Assembly (NCBI GenBank): GCA_043228905.1
Contig: JBHGNT010000011.1
Location: 16,492,001-16,556,000 of the forward strand
From: Azolla caroliniana
Lineage: Eukaryota; Plantae; Polypodiophyta
Length of the DNA stretch: 64,000 nucleotides
Reading direction: 5' to 3'
Every line of letters starts with the position of its first letter. The stretch's first letter is position 1. Shown in pieces: positions 33,990-47,759 of this stretch. Made by a program: the position numbers and the translations under genes. The notes under the pieces were generated by a model, which saw only the letters and a program-made list of their open reading frames with translations, was not told the origin of the DNA and made no database searches.

Positions 33990-35950
33990 CCTATTATTAA
34001 CTAAAACCTTGAGTAGTTTCTATTGGATTTTGTATCATGTAGTACTTTCACAGTTAATAAATGTTCTGATTTGCCTTATTTGTAGCATTATATTGAATTT
34101 TTCTGTGATTGTATGTTTCAAGATACACTTCTAGGAAGCTGCAAAGGATGTGATAACTTGCCGTCTATACTATGGAGTGGAGATTTTAAGTACCTGAAAT
34201 GTGATAAATGTTGTCTTCAGATACAACCTAATAACTTAAAAGGATGGAAGCCCAAATTTAGGAAAGAGAACATGTGGTTTTTTTATATAGATCACCTTCA
34301 GGACAAATTTGATCTGCACTTCTAATTCTAAGGTATTAAGAACTTTTTCCATGTTCTAAATTTAATTTGATTCCAAAACTAAATCAGAATTGTGTATCCC
34401 TAGCGTTTTTGGCTACTAAGAACTTTTTCCATGTTCTACCATGTAATTCATCTATCTGAAATACTGAAAACATGACCAAAGAGATGGTTCTAATGCCTCT
34501 AAATGAAATTAAGTTTTTCATAGTTAGAACTTAAAATAGTGGAACACCAAATTGAGGAAAGTGAGCATATGGTATTTTATCCAAACCACCTTGTGGCAGA
34601 AATCAAAATTGTGCATTTCTTGGTTTTAGCATTTTTGGCTCTTAAGAACTTTTTTCACGTTCTACCATGTAATTCATCTACCTGAAATACTGAAAACATA
34701 ACCAAAGAGAGTTTTTTTATAGTTCTATATGAAAATAAAATTTTCACGGTTAAGAGTCATCACTTTTTGGTTGATGGGTTGTTTTTACCATGAAAAATTA
34801 AAATTAAAATCTAACCAGAATTAATACAATAATTGGGTTGTATTAAAAAATCTAACAAGACATACCATCCCTAAGTGGCCACTAACCAAGTAGTCTCTAA
34901 ATGAAACTAAATTTTCTATGGTAAGAGTCATCATTGTTTGGTTCATGGGTTTGTCAACTTTTGCCATGCCCAACCTTTCTTAATCCTCATGCACTATATC
35001 CTTTAATCTAGGAGAAGCCCATGATCTCTCTAGGATTTTTGTTGGATATTGTGTGTTAAGAGTCCTTGTTCCCATCTTCCCTCCCAAATGCCTCCATTGG
35101 TTTCAGTCTTCCACTCTCATCCTTGTATTATCCTACACTTTTGCATTACCATAATTATCATCGATATCGCTAGTCTTGGACCATCCTTGGCACCAACTTC
35201 CACTAGTACTCCCATGGCTTACCCCAAGTGGATGAGACATCGTGTTAAGTAGGAATGGAAAGAAGTAATCTCTTGCTTGCACAATGGTTTTTTCTCCACT
35301 TCCCTCCCATGTAATGGCACTAATCCCTTGCTTTATTATCAATTTCCTCCCTAATCGATCTAGGTATCCATCTCTTATTCATTGAAATGATCAACTTCTA
35401 AATACATAATATATGAGTCATTGTTGATAGAGGTACATAACATATCAACTATCGAAAGGATAGTCCATAATTGGAGTATACTTGAGAACACAATTAATGT
35501 GGTGTCACAATAACCGCGTGGGGTTTACCCATGATTGATTGGAGTACCTACCATATGAACCATTGCTTTCATGCAACTTAACTCACAGTCACTACGATGT
35601 GAGACAAGGTGTTGGGGTATAAATGATGAGAGTAATCAACGATACACACTTTGCACTAATCAAGTTTAGGAGTTTGAGTATCACAATTTGATAGGATGTT
35701 CTTCCTTTGATCATATCCGACTCTACTTTCCACACTTCTATGACCCAACCCAACACATGAAAGAATTTCTCTCACAACACTCTTGATTGTGATATTCATG
35801 AGTAAAGTTCTTGAACATCGAGAGAAGCTACTAAATTTCACATGTATTACGTGAAAATTTTATATTTTTGGTTTCATAGGTCATATTTGACCTCTAATCT
35901 CAATATATCTCTTCGTATTCTTTTGACCAACTCAGTTACATCCATTTGGG

Positions 35951-36025
<75 letters not shown>

Positions 36026-39000
36026 AAAATCAATCAATCATAATCTATTTCAATGAATATATATGCTTGATCTTCTATAGAATTATATTCTCTAGTTCTT
36101 TATAAGTTGAAGCATACTTGTATTCCTCGCAATTATGCTTATGCACACCAAATTCTTTGTAATCATGGGCAAATGCAAAATGTTCACCATGCTCTTTTGA
36201 TATTTGTCTTTGTTCTTGAATAAGACATCATCAAGTAGAATGAGTCCACAATGTCGTCACTTGTCTTTGTAGTTGGCCTGATTGTGTGCATATAGTTTCC
36301 CATTATTAGTCATATGGACCTCCTTAGGCTTATACACATAGAGTATATCATGAACAATTTGCCATAATTGTTTGTTAAAGGAAAAAATGTTGTATTCTAT
36401 TATTTGGTTTTAATATCCACATGCAATAATTTGTTTCCAATCTAGAATATTGGCCATAAGACAAGTGTATATTAAAAACACGCTACATGCACGTATTAAT
36501 ATTGTGGTGAACTACCCTTTAATAGGTGGCAATGGCTAATGACCAATGGGTTTTTAATGTGGAAGGGACATTGGAGGGTTTTTAACTTATTGTTGAGATA
36601 TCAAGCTCAACTTAGTTTAGCCACTTAGTTAACCACGTAACTTAGTAATTACCTAGATAGAATCTAGTTAGTGTGTTATCCTTTTAAACCCTTAAATAGG
36701 TTCTTGTACTTGTACATAAGTGGGGATACATTCTAGATCCTCCACTGCCAAGTATATTTAATATAGGACTTACATCCTTGTACCTATATTCTCCTTATAC
36801 ACGTGCACCCTTGCACATTAGATGTATATATACCTCATTGAGGATATCGTTGTATTTTGATGCTTATTAATATAGAGAAAGGTCTTTAACTACACTCTTG
36901 TTAATCATCCCCCATTTATATTATGGTTCATAAGTGTATCTTCCTCTCTCTCTCTCTTCCTCTCACACACATACACAACACATTTTACATAATCTTCTGC
37001 TACTTTATCAATACTCACATAATTAGACCCTAATTAACCCTAGTTAATTTCCTAATTATTAACACTTATATAAATGGACAATAACTCTCATGTAAAAAGG
37101 GCATATGGATACCCCAACTTTCAAACTACCTTTTTAGCAATCATGAACTGTGGCAAGGTTCGGGGTCCCTAAAACACGACTCCCCCCCCAACCATGATTT
37201 AGGGACCGTAGCGAGGTTCTTGAGTCACTCCCTTTGCATCCACTAAGAGCTACTCTAATATGTAGCTTTTCACACAAATTAAGATTATTCACTTCATGGG
37301 TGAGGTCTTGTTCCTTAGCTAAACTTCATGGCATATCCTATTATATTCTTTAGATACCCTAAAGTGTGCATCCTAGCTTGCCAATGCCTACTTATTTATT
37401 TAAATTCCAAAACAACACTACACATTAATTAGCAATCAAAGTACATCAAAGTTCAGCCATATTCAACAAAACTCACACTTCTCCCCACAAAACTAATCAC
37501 AATCCCCACCCCCTCATTTACAACAAAAGTGCATCCTAGCTTGCCATCGACTATTTTTGCATGGTAACTTACTTGTACCACAACTATACATATTTACATC
37601 TCCTGTCCACTAATGGAAGCCATTGGCGGAAACAACCATCTGGGTGCTTGGTCATTTCATTTAGGCCTTGACGATGATTTGACTACCATAGCTTGCCAAT
37701 GCCTCTTCGTTAGGCTCGAAGTGAACTTTATTTGTACTCCCACAACATAGACTATGTTTGATCTTATTTTGCACAAATATAGGAGACTTGCACATTAGAT
37801 TCCTATCCTTGTTCACTCTTTCAATACTTCTACTCCCATTGAAATAGGTAACAATGGCATTTCCCAAGGGGATCCAATCATTCACATACGATATACTTAT
37901 CATTACCTACTTAATCTTAGTTTTGAGATGCTTTTTGCACATCTCATTAATCTAACATTCACTAGAAATCCACCAATTTTCTTGTACTAGGCACTTGATG
38001 TCTACTTAGCCCCATATAAAGCTTTTCACAACTTCACTACCATATAAGAACAAGAACTTTCTTCTAGGTGTGCACGCTTACTACGTGACTTGTAAAAAAA
38101 GGGACACCATCTTGATGAAGTATTGTTTGTTTGTAGAATGAAAAAGAGGGAAAAAGTGACAAGAAAAATCAATGTATATGAGGATAGTGGTAGTGGGGTT
38201 GGCACTCATGATAATGACGATAAATAGTATGACTACATTGATATTATTTGTTTCCTTCGTAAAAATGAGGTGTAAATTTTTTACATATGAAAATAATGTA
38301 CTCGAAAAACTTCTATTTTCTAATCATTGAAGTATTTATGAAGGTTGTGATACTTTGTTTTAATTGTATTCTTTTTCCATTGATCCCACCTTAATAATTT
38401 AGTGAAGTATTTTTTGAAAGTCTTTATGTACATGAAGTCTTTTTCATTCGCAAGATGACAAATATGTGATATTTTATAAAAAGGTTACTTTTTAGCCAAA
38501 ATGTTACCTATTCAAGATGCAAATGTGTTAGGACCATCATTTATTCTTGGCAAGTATTTCCTTTGTAGACTTCATATCCATTAAAGTCCGTCCACCCAAC
38601 ATGAAAATTTTGATTGGAAAATATTCTTGTTGACATAGAATGTGCTGAACTCTTTCATAAATTGATCTAATAGAGTATAAAGGGATGTGTTTGGATTGCT
38701 ATGATATCTTTGATTGGAAAATGCATGAAAAACGCTATAGGCTCACCATTGGCAAATCATAGACCTAGATTTTCCGTACAACTATGTCATGACATTGGTG
38801 CTCCCATTTACACCATCATCATGGAATTTTTTTTGGAGACCTCTTTTTAGTTGTTCTCAAAAGCTTTGAATGTTTTTTTCATTGTTAAACCCCAAAATCA
38901 ATATTTAGATCAATGGATAACAAAAAATATAAATAATATGTTGCAAAGTAACAAATTCCAAATTTGGTAAGTATTGGCGTGTTCATTGCAAGGCACTTTT

Positions 39001-40350
39001 CCTAAACGTTTGAACAAGGTTCTCATAAACATCACCTATACAAATGAATAATGATACACAAAGCATATATTGATGAGTTCATTTAGACATTCATTTCCCT
39101 TTATACATAATCGTACTAAGGAGGAACACATATTGGTAAAACTACCCTATTTCTCAATCACCTCTCACCAATCTACCATGTACTACCCAAACAACTACAA
39201 CTCAATGTGGTATAAAATCTCAATTTCAAACATTACATCGCATTTAAAAATTAGATTTATTAGGAAAGGTTTTGCCCTACCTCGACAAAAGTTGCAACAT
39301 CTTATGGTAAGCTTAGTAAAGCATCCACTTCTCTCTCCTACATATTTGTAAAGTCTTTTAGTAGGTTCACAAAATCCATGAATTGCCAATATAATAAGAA
39401 GAAAATGTCATCACACATTGCTCTTTTTGACATGTTGGCTTCTCACAAATTGTTTATGAGGGGATAGTAATTGAAACACACTTGCATTGCTACTTTGCAA
39501 GAAGAGAGGGAAGAAGAATACTTTTTAAGATACATTGATTATTATGTGTAGTCGAAGAATTATTAACACACTAGGCTTAAGTGCACATAGTTATGATTCA
39601 AGAATAATCATAGGTTTTTTCATTATCATAACAAAAGAACAAGTAAATCCAATTAAATTGTGGACATGTCTTCATTGACAACAATTGAGGTTGACTTCAC
39701 TATCATTTTCTAATTAGAGAGTGGGTGAGTAGTGAGCTTGCATTGCATTATTTATAAAAACTAGAAAGGACTTCGAGTAAGAGTTAAATTGATTGTTATT
39801 ATTCTCAATAGGTCTAAGTTAATAACTTATTCTGAATTTGATTAGGTTGATTAAGCCCATGTCACATGTGTGCTCTAAATATTGTCCCATCATGTATAAA
39901 AGAATGATGGCTTTTCAAAATTCTGTTAAGTACAATTGTAATTGTAAATGTCATGTGATATTGAGTCATAACTTTTGACCAAACATATACAAATAGTTTT
40001 TGTGAATAAGTCAGGCATTTATTGCTTGAATATCTCATACATACAAGCATATTTTGGTAAATTTCCATTTCCAATTGTCTATATGCTCCCACCATTGCCC
40101 CAATAGCTTGAACCTTTTATACAATGCTTGAAACCACATTCCATGAGTAACATGCCTACAATGGGTTTCAAAATAAAAGATAAAAAACGAATTCAGGTGT
40201 CTAAATGAGAAATAGTTTATGCTAAGTAATGTTGATCGTCACACTAAAAGTCCTATAGGTACATTTTGAAGAGTTGCTTACACTGTAAAAATGGATCAAT
40301 CCTTCTCTTGGAAACCATTTTCCTATTTGCCCCTAGGCATATTGAACCTT

Positions 40351-42331
40351 TTACACACAGAAATTCGATAATTTTGTGTCCTCCATTTGTGCAATCTCTA
40401 CGAACAAGGAATGCAAAGATTGAGGCTTTGAGAAGAATGGGCAATGGTCACTACCTTTAAGCCTAAGGACTTGCTCGGGAGGATTGGAATCCACCATTTG
40501 TGCTTGCATTGTGGACGTGAATATCTGATCGTCCATCGTGTGGATAAAGAATCGGCGAACATTCCCATATTTCTCTTCTGTTAGAGACAACTTCTCTGTG
40601 AAAGGTGCAAATGGTACTGGGCGTATTGATAACACAGCCAATGCCACGTCCTTTTGATAAGAACATCATTGTGATCGATCAGATAAAATGTAGGCTTCAT
40701 GAAAATACGATTTTTTTAAGAGTGGGAAATGGAACAGGTCATTAGAAGAGATACCTTGGAGCTCGTCCGGTTGAAGAACATTTCTTTCATTTGGGTTTTG
40801 TTGAGCTCTATAGAAGTGGGAGGATGAGTTTTACCATTAGCATACACAAACACTTGCGAATTACGCAGAAGCTCATTTGAACTTGCAACCTATAGATGTT
40901 TTTTTTTATATGCAAGTATACATCCTTCATATTCAGTCTAAGGGTATTAAAAAAAGAAGAAGAAGGAGATGTGTCCCGGGGCATTGAGATTGTACATACC
41001 CCATGGGACGAAAACAAATCGAGAGCAGCCTGCCCATTTTTTACCATGAAGGCAGCAACAAATATGGCTTTTGCTATTTTATGGGGGTAGTGTTCCATTG
41101 CATAGGATATGCAAGAACCCCCAAAGTTATGGCCTACCAGGTTTACCTGAGAAAATTTCAAAGACAATGGATGGATGGAATTTTCAGAAGAGGAAACATT
41201 TGACATAGAGAAAACTTGACTTCATAATACATAATGTGTTCCCATACGAACCTTCTCCCCTTCCGGCAGTTTCTCCAAAAATTCGCAAAGAGGTTTCGAA
41301 TATTGCTCCAAACTCGAGATCTCATTCGGGTTTGTCGAATCGATACCTGATCCTGACAAATCCAATGCCGTTGTCATGAAGCCTGCCTCTTCCAACAAAG
41401 CAATTGATTTATACCAACACCATGCCCCGAAACCTCCCCCATGGATGAGAACAAATCTATTCAATTCCATCAAGTTGTTACACGAACCCGTCCCCTGAAA
41501 TTTTTATGCTAGAAAAACGGTAAGTGCGGTCGGCAGAGTCAAGAGATGGGATCATTCTACATAAACTTAAGTGAAAAAAAAAATAACTAAGTGTATTTTA
41601 TATAAATCTTCAGAAAAGCATCTCCTGGATGTCTAGATGAACTATTAGGCTATGTTGATATTGGCCCCTAGATTGCTGAGCAGCTCCTACTTCATCGACA
41701 TCGCTAAAGAGCGAGCTCATCTTTCTACATAAACTTAAGTGTTAGAGTTTATATAAATCTCGAGATGAACTATTAGTCTATGATGTGATATGGCCCCTAG
41801 GTTGCTTAGCAGCATTGCCTTTGTTTTTTTGTAAGCAGTAATTGTGAGGAAGCAAGCATATACCTTGGTTTTTCTTGCCAATAATTTCTGTGGATGAAGG
41901 GTGAGAGACGCATCAACAGCGGCAGGGGCAGCAACATGGGATTGAGCAGCGGCACTCCGAGGGAGAACTAAATCTTGTTTGGGAGGCACATGAGCTGCTG
42001 ATATAACTAGCTGAGGCCGAGAAGTTGAAGAAGATGCGGAGCGGCCATAAGAGTAGGTTGTTCTGCTCATATCCCGCCCGTGCTGCAAGAGCAGGGCTAT
42101 GGCTTGCTCATGCCGAAGCACTGCGGCTGATGCCTGCCGGCCCATTCTTCCACCTCCTCCTTCCTGAAGATGGCGGTGAGCTGTGACCGGATAATTACTT
42201 ATGCCAGACTTCCGTTCTTTGGTGTCCCCACCTGGTTTCTCGTCTTCACTAGTAATCACCCTGATGCCTCTATTTGCTGCTGATGATGCTTCCATGCCTC
42301 CACAATGTAGACACGAGCCCTGGTTCCCCAT
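40351..42331 (-). CDS. Methylesterase / SABP2-family alpha/beta hydrolase, MES11/13/15-like; exons 42331-41864, 41494-41252, 41146-41000, 40889-40755, 40650-40351 (~430 aa)
   Basis: FVLIHGGGFGAWCWYK..ALDLSGSG..YSKPL; VNLVGHNFGGSCISYAME..KAIF; FFN..S.KDVALA..S.RPVPFAP; RFFIHTMDD; LKGSDHCPFFSKP. All four introns are GT-AG, phase 0. Confidence 0.92.
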
Positions 42332-42759
42332 TGATATGATTACGATTAGCACAAAAAGTTAAATCTGATTTGAAACCTTGTCTGCAGCTGCTGCTGCTGC
42401 AACAGATTCTTTGTCCTTCAAACCAGCAATTGGATTGGAAATTCCAGAGGATTGTTTTCTGCTCTCCTTCTACAGGCCTCATCTAAATCCTTCAGGGATT
42501 CGTTAAAGTTTTATGGACATGAAGCAGTCATGGATCAAGGGCACTCACACAAAAGTCTGACACAAAAAAAAGGAGAAGGGAAAGCCATAAAGAAAAACGA
42601 GTCAGAGAGAAGAAGAAGAAGAAGAAGAAGAAGAAGAAACAGACAGAAAAAGGAAAGGTAATCCCAACTACTTCGATGAGGAAATGAAACTGTAACAGAA
42701 AATCAGGAAGGTTCAAGGAAGGAAGCCCTTTCGAAACGCATCTGAGTCTTCCTACTTCG

Positions 42760-43000
42760 TCGTCGTGATCACGACGGTGATGGATGGTGATCATGGCCAT
42801 GGTCGTGGTCAAGATGGTCATGACTCATGGTCAAGTCCAAGTCCATGACCATGGTGAATGGCCATGATGTCCCCTCGTCGTGATGGATGGTGATCATGGT
42901 CATGGCCATGGTCAATATGGTCATGGTCTCCATTGTGGATGGCCCTGATGACCTTTCCAAGTCAAGTTGGTCATGGCCGAGATCATGACCATGGTGAACG
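42760..43000. repeat. CATGGT/GACCAT-rich degenerate repeat upstream of the MES gene
   Basis: Many CATGG/CCATGG/ATGGTCA motifs; the segment starting TCGTCGTGAT occurs at ~42760 and ~42876. Confidence 0.6.
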
Positions 43001-44739
43001 GCTGTGATGCCCCCTCCAACAACACTTTTTAGTAAGACTGACTTCAAATCTAGTTAACATTTACTAGTGTCACCAACTTATAGTTATTGGGATTTTGAAC
43101 TTGATGAATCGGTCAGCTCCTCCACATTTTCAATGTTACTAGTTGCATTACCAATTGTTCCCAACATGATAGTTAATTAATACCAACTTACTTCAATTAA
43201 TTGCCATCTCACGCACCTTATATGCTATTATTGCATGCCACAAACTCATATTATATATTCAGAACTAGTTTAGCTTCCCACCCAATATGTGTGGTATTAC
43301 CTCCCCTTGCATTTTTTAATTTTTATTTTATTTTCCAAAAAACCCCTTGCATTGATTTAAGCATGAGTGTGTTAGATTACGAGCATAATTTGCAACTAAG
43401 TATCGTAGACTATATACAATAAATATCATTATTACCAAGAATTTATATTATTTGGATATTAGTCCATCCTTACATTAAACAATATCAATGCGTTAATGGC
43501 ATGTTTATTTCATATTAATTTAGCAGAATAAAAACAAAAGGCATGATTAACTACAAATAAGTTTCGTTGCTTAGGAGTTAGTCGTGCTTCACTTGCATTG
43601 TGCATCTTCTGCATTTCGTATTATGCCGGCGGAAGCCAAAAAATATACCGAATTAGAATATAAAATAAAAAACTTTATTTGTATACAAGAAGCCTAAGAT
43701 AAGTTTGCCGAATTTTAGTTTTGAACTAGAATGAGTTTGAGTCCTTCAAGTGGTCTTGTATGATGATGATGTCATCCCCTTCCTTCAACAATGAATTTAG
43801 TCACAATGCATGAATTCACACATGTTATAAAGATGTTGATGTTGAATCAACTCACCAATTACACATGATCCCCAACTTGAAAATTAACTTATGTTCATAG
43901 ATAATATGAGGATTTGTGATTTCAAATCCAAGAATGCTTGAATCAAATGTATGTAGTGATTCAAATGCACCCGACTCGATACTTAACTAGGTTTTTTTTA
44001 GTTAGATTAGTATACGCCTTCTTACTGGGTGCACCTATAGCTTGACTTAGTTTATAAATTTAGTTATAGTTCACTAGTAACATCCAATAACCCTAGTAGT
44101 TCCACTTGTCTTGCTCTATTTAATTGTTTCAGAGTTTTAAAGATGTGTTAAATGAGTAATTCTAGCCTAAATTGGAGCTATTTGGTTGGAAAACCTGGTA
44201 CAATATATAGACCTTGTTCCTATTATTGCTTCTAGTTAATCGAATCAAGTTTAGAGAGCTTTTGCAAAACAAGTTGAGGTTAGTACATGTAAGTGTTATC
44301 AAGTTTTTGCCTTTAGTTTCTTAATGTTAGGAGCCAACTCCTGTTCCATGGATTGAGAATTTGCTTTGACAAAACAAATTCTCTTGCATTAGCCCCCTCA
44401 ACTAGCATATGAAACAATCGTTGGTGGTTATAAAATTGAAGAGTTGAAAAGTCAAGGGTCAATTTATATCCCCTCTTCATTAGATCTGGAGATTCTTCAA
44501 AAATACATCAATCCCGATTCGGTGAATGGATTTATTTGACATTCTAGATCCCTTAGTGGCTCACCCATCTTCCAAGTTTGTTTGTGGATTAGGGAGGATT
44601 AAATACGGTCATGTTATTTGGGTTGACGTATAGTACAACTTGTCAGGTGCGTTGAGCTGGATGGAATTACTTGAGAATTATCCATCTATTTGCGTGAAAC
44701 AACTAATCAAACTCTTCTTTGGCGCCATGTAAGGTAGAA

Positions 44740-44860
44740 TCCATCGAAAACCATGTGGGATACATTACTCAAATCATTAGACCAATATCGAATGTTGCTC
44801 TTTCTCTAGAGAAAATGCCAAATATTTACAACTCACTAACTGTTAAGGGACGTAATCTAG
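44740..44860 (+). pseudogene. atpB: Nuclear plastid DNA (NUPT): N-terminal fragment of chloroplast atpB
   Basis: [37 protein letters not shown] resembles plastid AtpB (G.I.QIIGPVLDVAF..GKMPNIYN.L.VKGR). Confidence 0.75.
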
Positions 44861-44989
44861 CTTTAAATAGATATCCTTTGTTATTGATTTCAAGGTTTTT
44901 TTAGTAACCCAATGGGTCGAAAAATTTTATGAGGCTAGAACTTTAAGTATATAAAACCTTGTTTAGGCGATGAATGAAAGATTTCTTTT

Positions 44990-45190
44990 AGCACTCTATG
45001 GACATTTGGAGTAGCAATTATTCCATTCAATGTCACAAATATAATTTTCAACATTTGGCAAATGATATGTTTTGGGATTTCCTGGACATCTTCACCATAG
45101 TTTATTTGCATGACATTTTGATCTACTAGAAGGCTTAAGAGGATCATGATGACCACATTAGTCAAGTTCTTCAATGATTGTTGGAATACG
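44990..45190 (+). mobile_element. Gypsy RT remnant
   Basis: Translates FQHLANDMFWDFLDIFTIVYLHDILIY, a degenerate YLDD motif. Confidence 0.6.
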
Positions 45191-46207
45191 ACCCCTGTGC
45201 CGATACAACTTTAGAACAAGCAATAAAATGAGCCATATATATAAATTGGTCCACTACTACCATTATATAGTCTTACCATGAACTAGTGGAAGATCCATGA
45301 TGAAGTTTGCCGAAATAGAAATCCAAGTTTAGAAGAGGTTGTAGAAGACAAAGAAGCAATGATGGGAGCTTTGGAGCAAGCATGGGTTTCAAGAGTAACC
45401 TTAAATACCAATTCTAAGGCATTTTAATGGGTTAAGGGTAGGATGTTGGGAACCTAGTTATCCTAGGAACCAAGCAAAGCCATTAGGTTGCATAACACGT
45501 GATGGTTTGGGAGCCTTAAGTGTTGGACTTATATAAAGGGAAGCAAATGTCCCCTTTATTACAACATCTCATTAAGACTCTATTGGTGAGACTAAGTTCT
45601 CTTCTTTAGATTTATTATTCAACTACTAAGATATAACATAAGGTAATTTTCTATTGAATGGGACAATAATGATATTTTATCTTTCCACACACTTGATAGA
45701 AAAATATAGAGACAATAAATCATTGACATGATTGGAAAGCTCGAGTTAATTAACAATCAAGCTTAATGTTTTAGATTGGAAAGTGATTAAGAAGAACCCT
45801 TGTAAAAGGTTTATAGTTTCAGTTTTATACTTCCCCTTCATTTAACCAAATTACAACTATGCCCCTTTAAGACTTAGGAGACTAGGAAGGTTCATAAATC
45901 TAACCAATAAATCCATTTGCAATGTACACAATTATATTATTTTTATGACATCCACTTTTTACAACTTCTTATTCTCCTACCATAGGTAGAGGGACATGCA
46001 ATAAAGCTAATATAAAGCCCAGATACACTTGAGGAAATTATCCCTAGGTGCTTAACATTCAGAAATTCCCATAAAGATGCCTTTCAAATTCTTTATATAG
46101 GCATCACCCCATGTCTACTATCAAACATGAAAACATTACACATATTCCAATTGTGTTGCAACCCCCAATATCATAAAAATTGGAACAAGATCTCCATCCT
46201 GTCATTT

Positions 46208-46265
<58 letters not shown>

Positions 46266-47367
46266 CTATTAAACAAATTGGTGAATCTTTTACTTTCAAC
46301 AAATCATCATTCTTTAGACTTTGTACGAAGTTTCAATTACATCTTTACAAATAAGAGAGATCCTATTTACGAGACCCTTCTTTGACCAATCTTATATGAC
46401 TAATAACTATTTCACCAAATACTAGAGTTTAGAATGTCTTATTATGCCTCATCAAACCTTACTTGATGCTTCATTGAATTCCAGAATGCAAGAACACATT
46501 GTACTTCAATAAATTTGTTGTATGATAAGATGATAATGGTGGTGGTTGTGGTGACACACATTAAGTTGATGTCATGGGTTTATCACATTGGCCTTATTCA
46601 AGGGGTGAGGAAAATGGTTACAGAGTATAGTTGGAGAGGGGGAGGGGGGATATAGGAAAAATGGTGGCCAATGGGGCAAATTTATATGAGAAGAAAGATG
46701 AGGATAATGAGATTGACAAATAGAAGAAGACAAAGTTGGAATGAAAGGGGCATGGAGAAAGGGGAGTGTAGGAGAGAAAAAGAAATGAAACAAACAATAA
46801 ATAAACAAAAACGGTAAAATGTAAGAAGACTACCATGATGAACTTGAATTCAAAATCCATGACTTTGCGGAGTGATTCAAGCAAGGAATACAACTAAGTT
46901 GTGAAAATAGAAAAACTCGTTCATGAAATTAATTGTACCTTTTGTATGTGAGTGTGCATGCTCATGTTGAACCTAAGTGGTCATTGTTGACATCTTTGGT
47001 TTAACTAAAAAATTAATCTTATGTTCAAGTTGGATAGTTGAGCTCTTTTTTTGTGGATGATTACACATTTTTACAACCCAACGTGTTAGGGTTTTGTTTG
47101 ATTAGGTGACAATTTTGGTGTGATATGTGCCACTTTTTTTTTTAGATTGTATTTGGTACTCTGAGTGGGGGTTGAATGGTCTTTTGGTGTTTTAGGAAGC
47201 TGCAATTGCGTATTACATCAAACCACCCTTGACATTTTGTGAGGATCCTTAGAACCTCCCATATTGTCAACATATGTAACATGTTCATGTTCATTTATCA
47301 ATACCTTTGTTCAAAAGTGGGGTTTGAATTTGCCTTGAAGCTCATGATTGAAATTTAGGGTTATGGC

Positions 47368-47759
47368 TAACAGTTGGCAACAGTTCGGTTTGAATCGAAC
47401 CGAACTGCCGAAACCGCGGCTAACGGTTTAAACGGCTCAATTCAGTTTCAATGGTTAGAAACCGCGGTTAAATTGGTTTAATGGTATTTTTTTAAATGTT
47501 TTTAAACAATCTTTTCATTTTAGGCCTTATTCTCACATTTTAGGAAAATCTTTAAAACCTTAAAATTTTAAAATAATGAAATCTTTTAAATTTTAAAATT
47601 TGAATTTTGACCTAAGTTGAAAACCGAAATTAAACCACGAAATTGTGATTTTAACGGTTGGTTTAATGGTTTCGTGGTTCAGTTTGGTTCAGGTTTCAAA
47701 ATTTTTAAATAGTTCAATTTTGACACTCTCGAATCGAACCGAACCGTTGCCGATTCTTA
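47368..47759. mobile_element. hAT-type MITE (392 bp) with 8-bp TSD GTTATGGC
   Basis: Imperfect ~30-bp TIRs (TAACAGTTGGCAACAGTTCGGTTTGAATCGA versus RC TAAGAATCGGCAACGGTTCGGTTCGATTCGA). TSD at 47360-47367 and 47760-47767. Subterminal AACCG/CGGTT repeats. Confidence 0.9.

Noticed and set aside
42528-43047. His/Asp/Met-rich ORFs as a metal-binding protein
   Set aside because: Produced by the CATGGT-type repeat; no splice or domain support.
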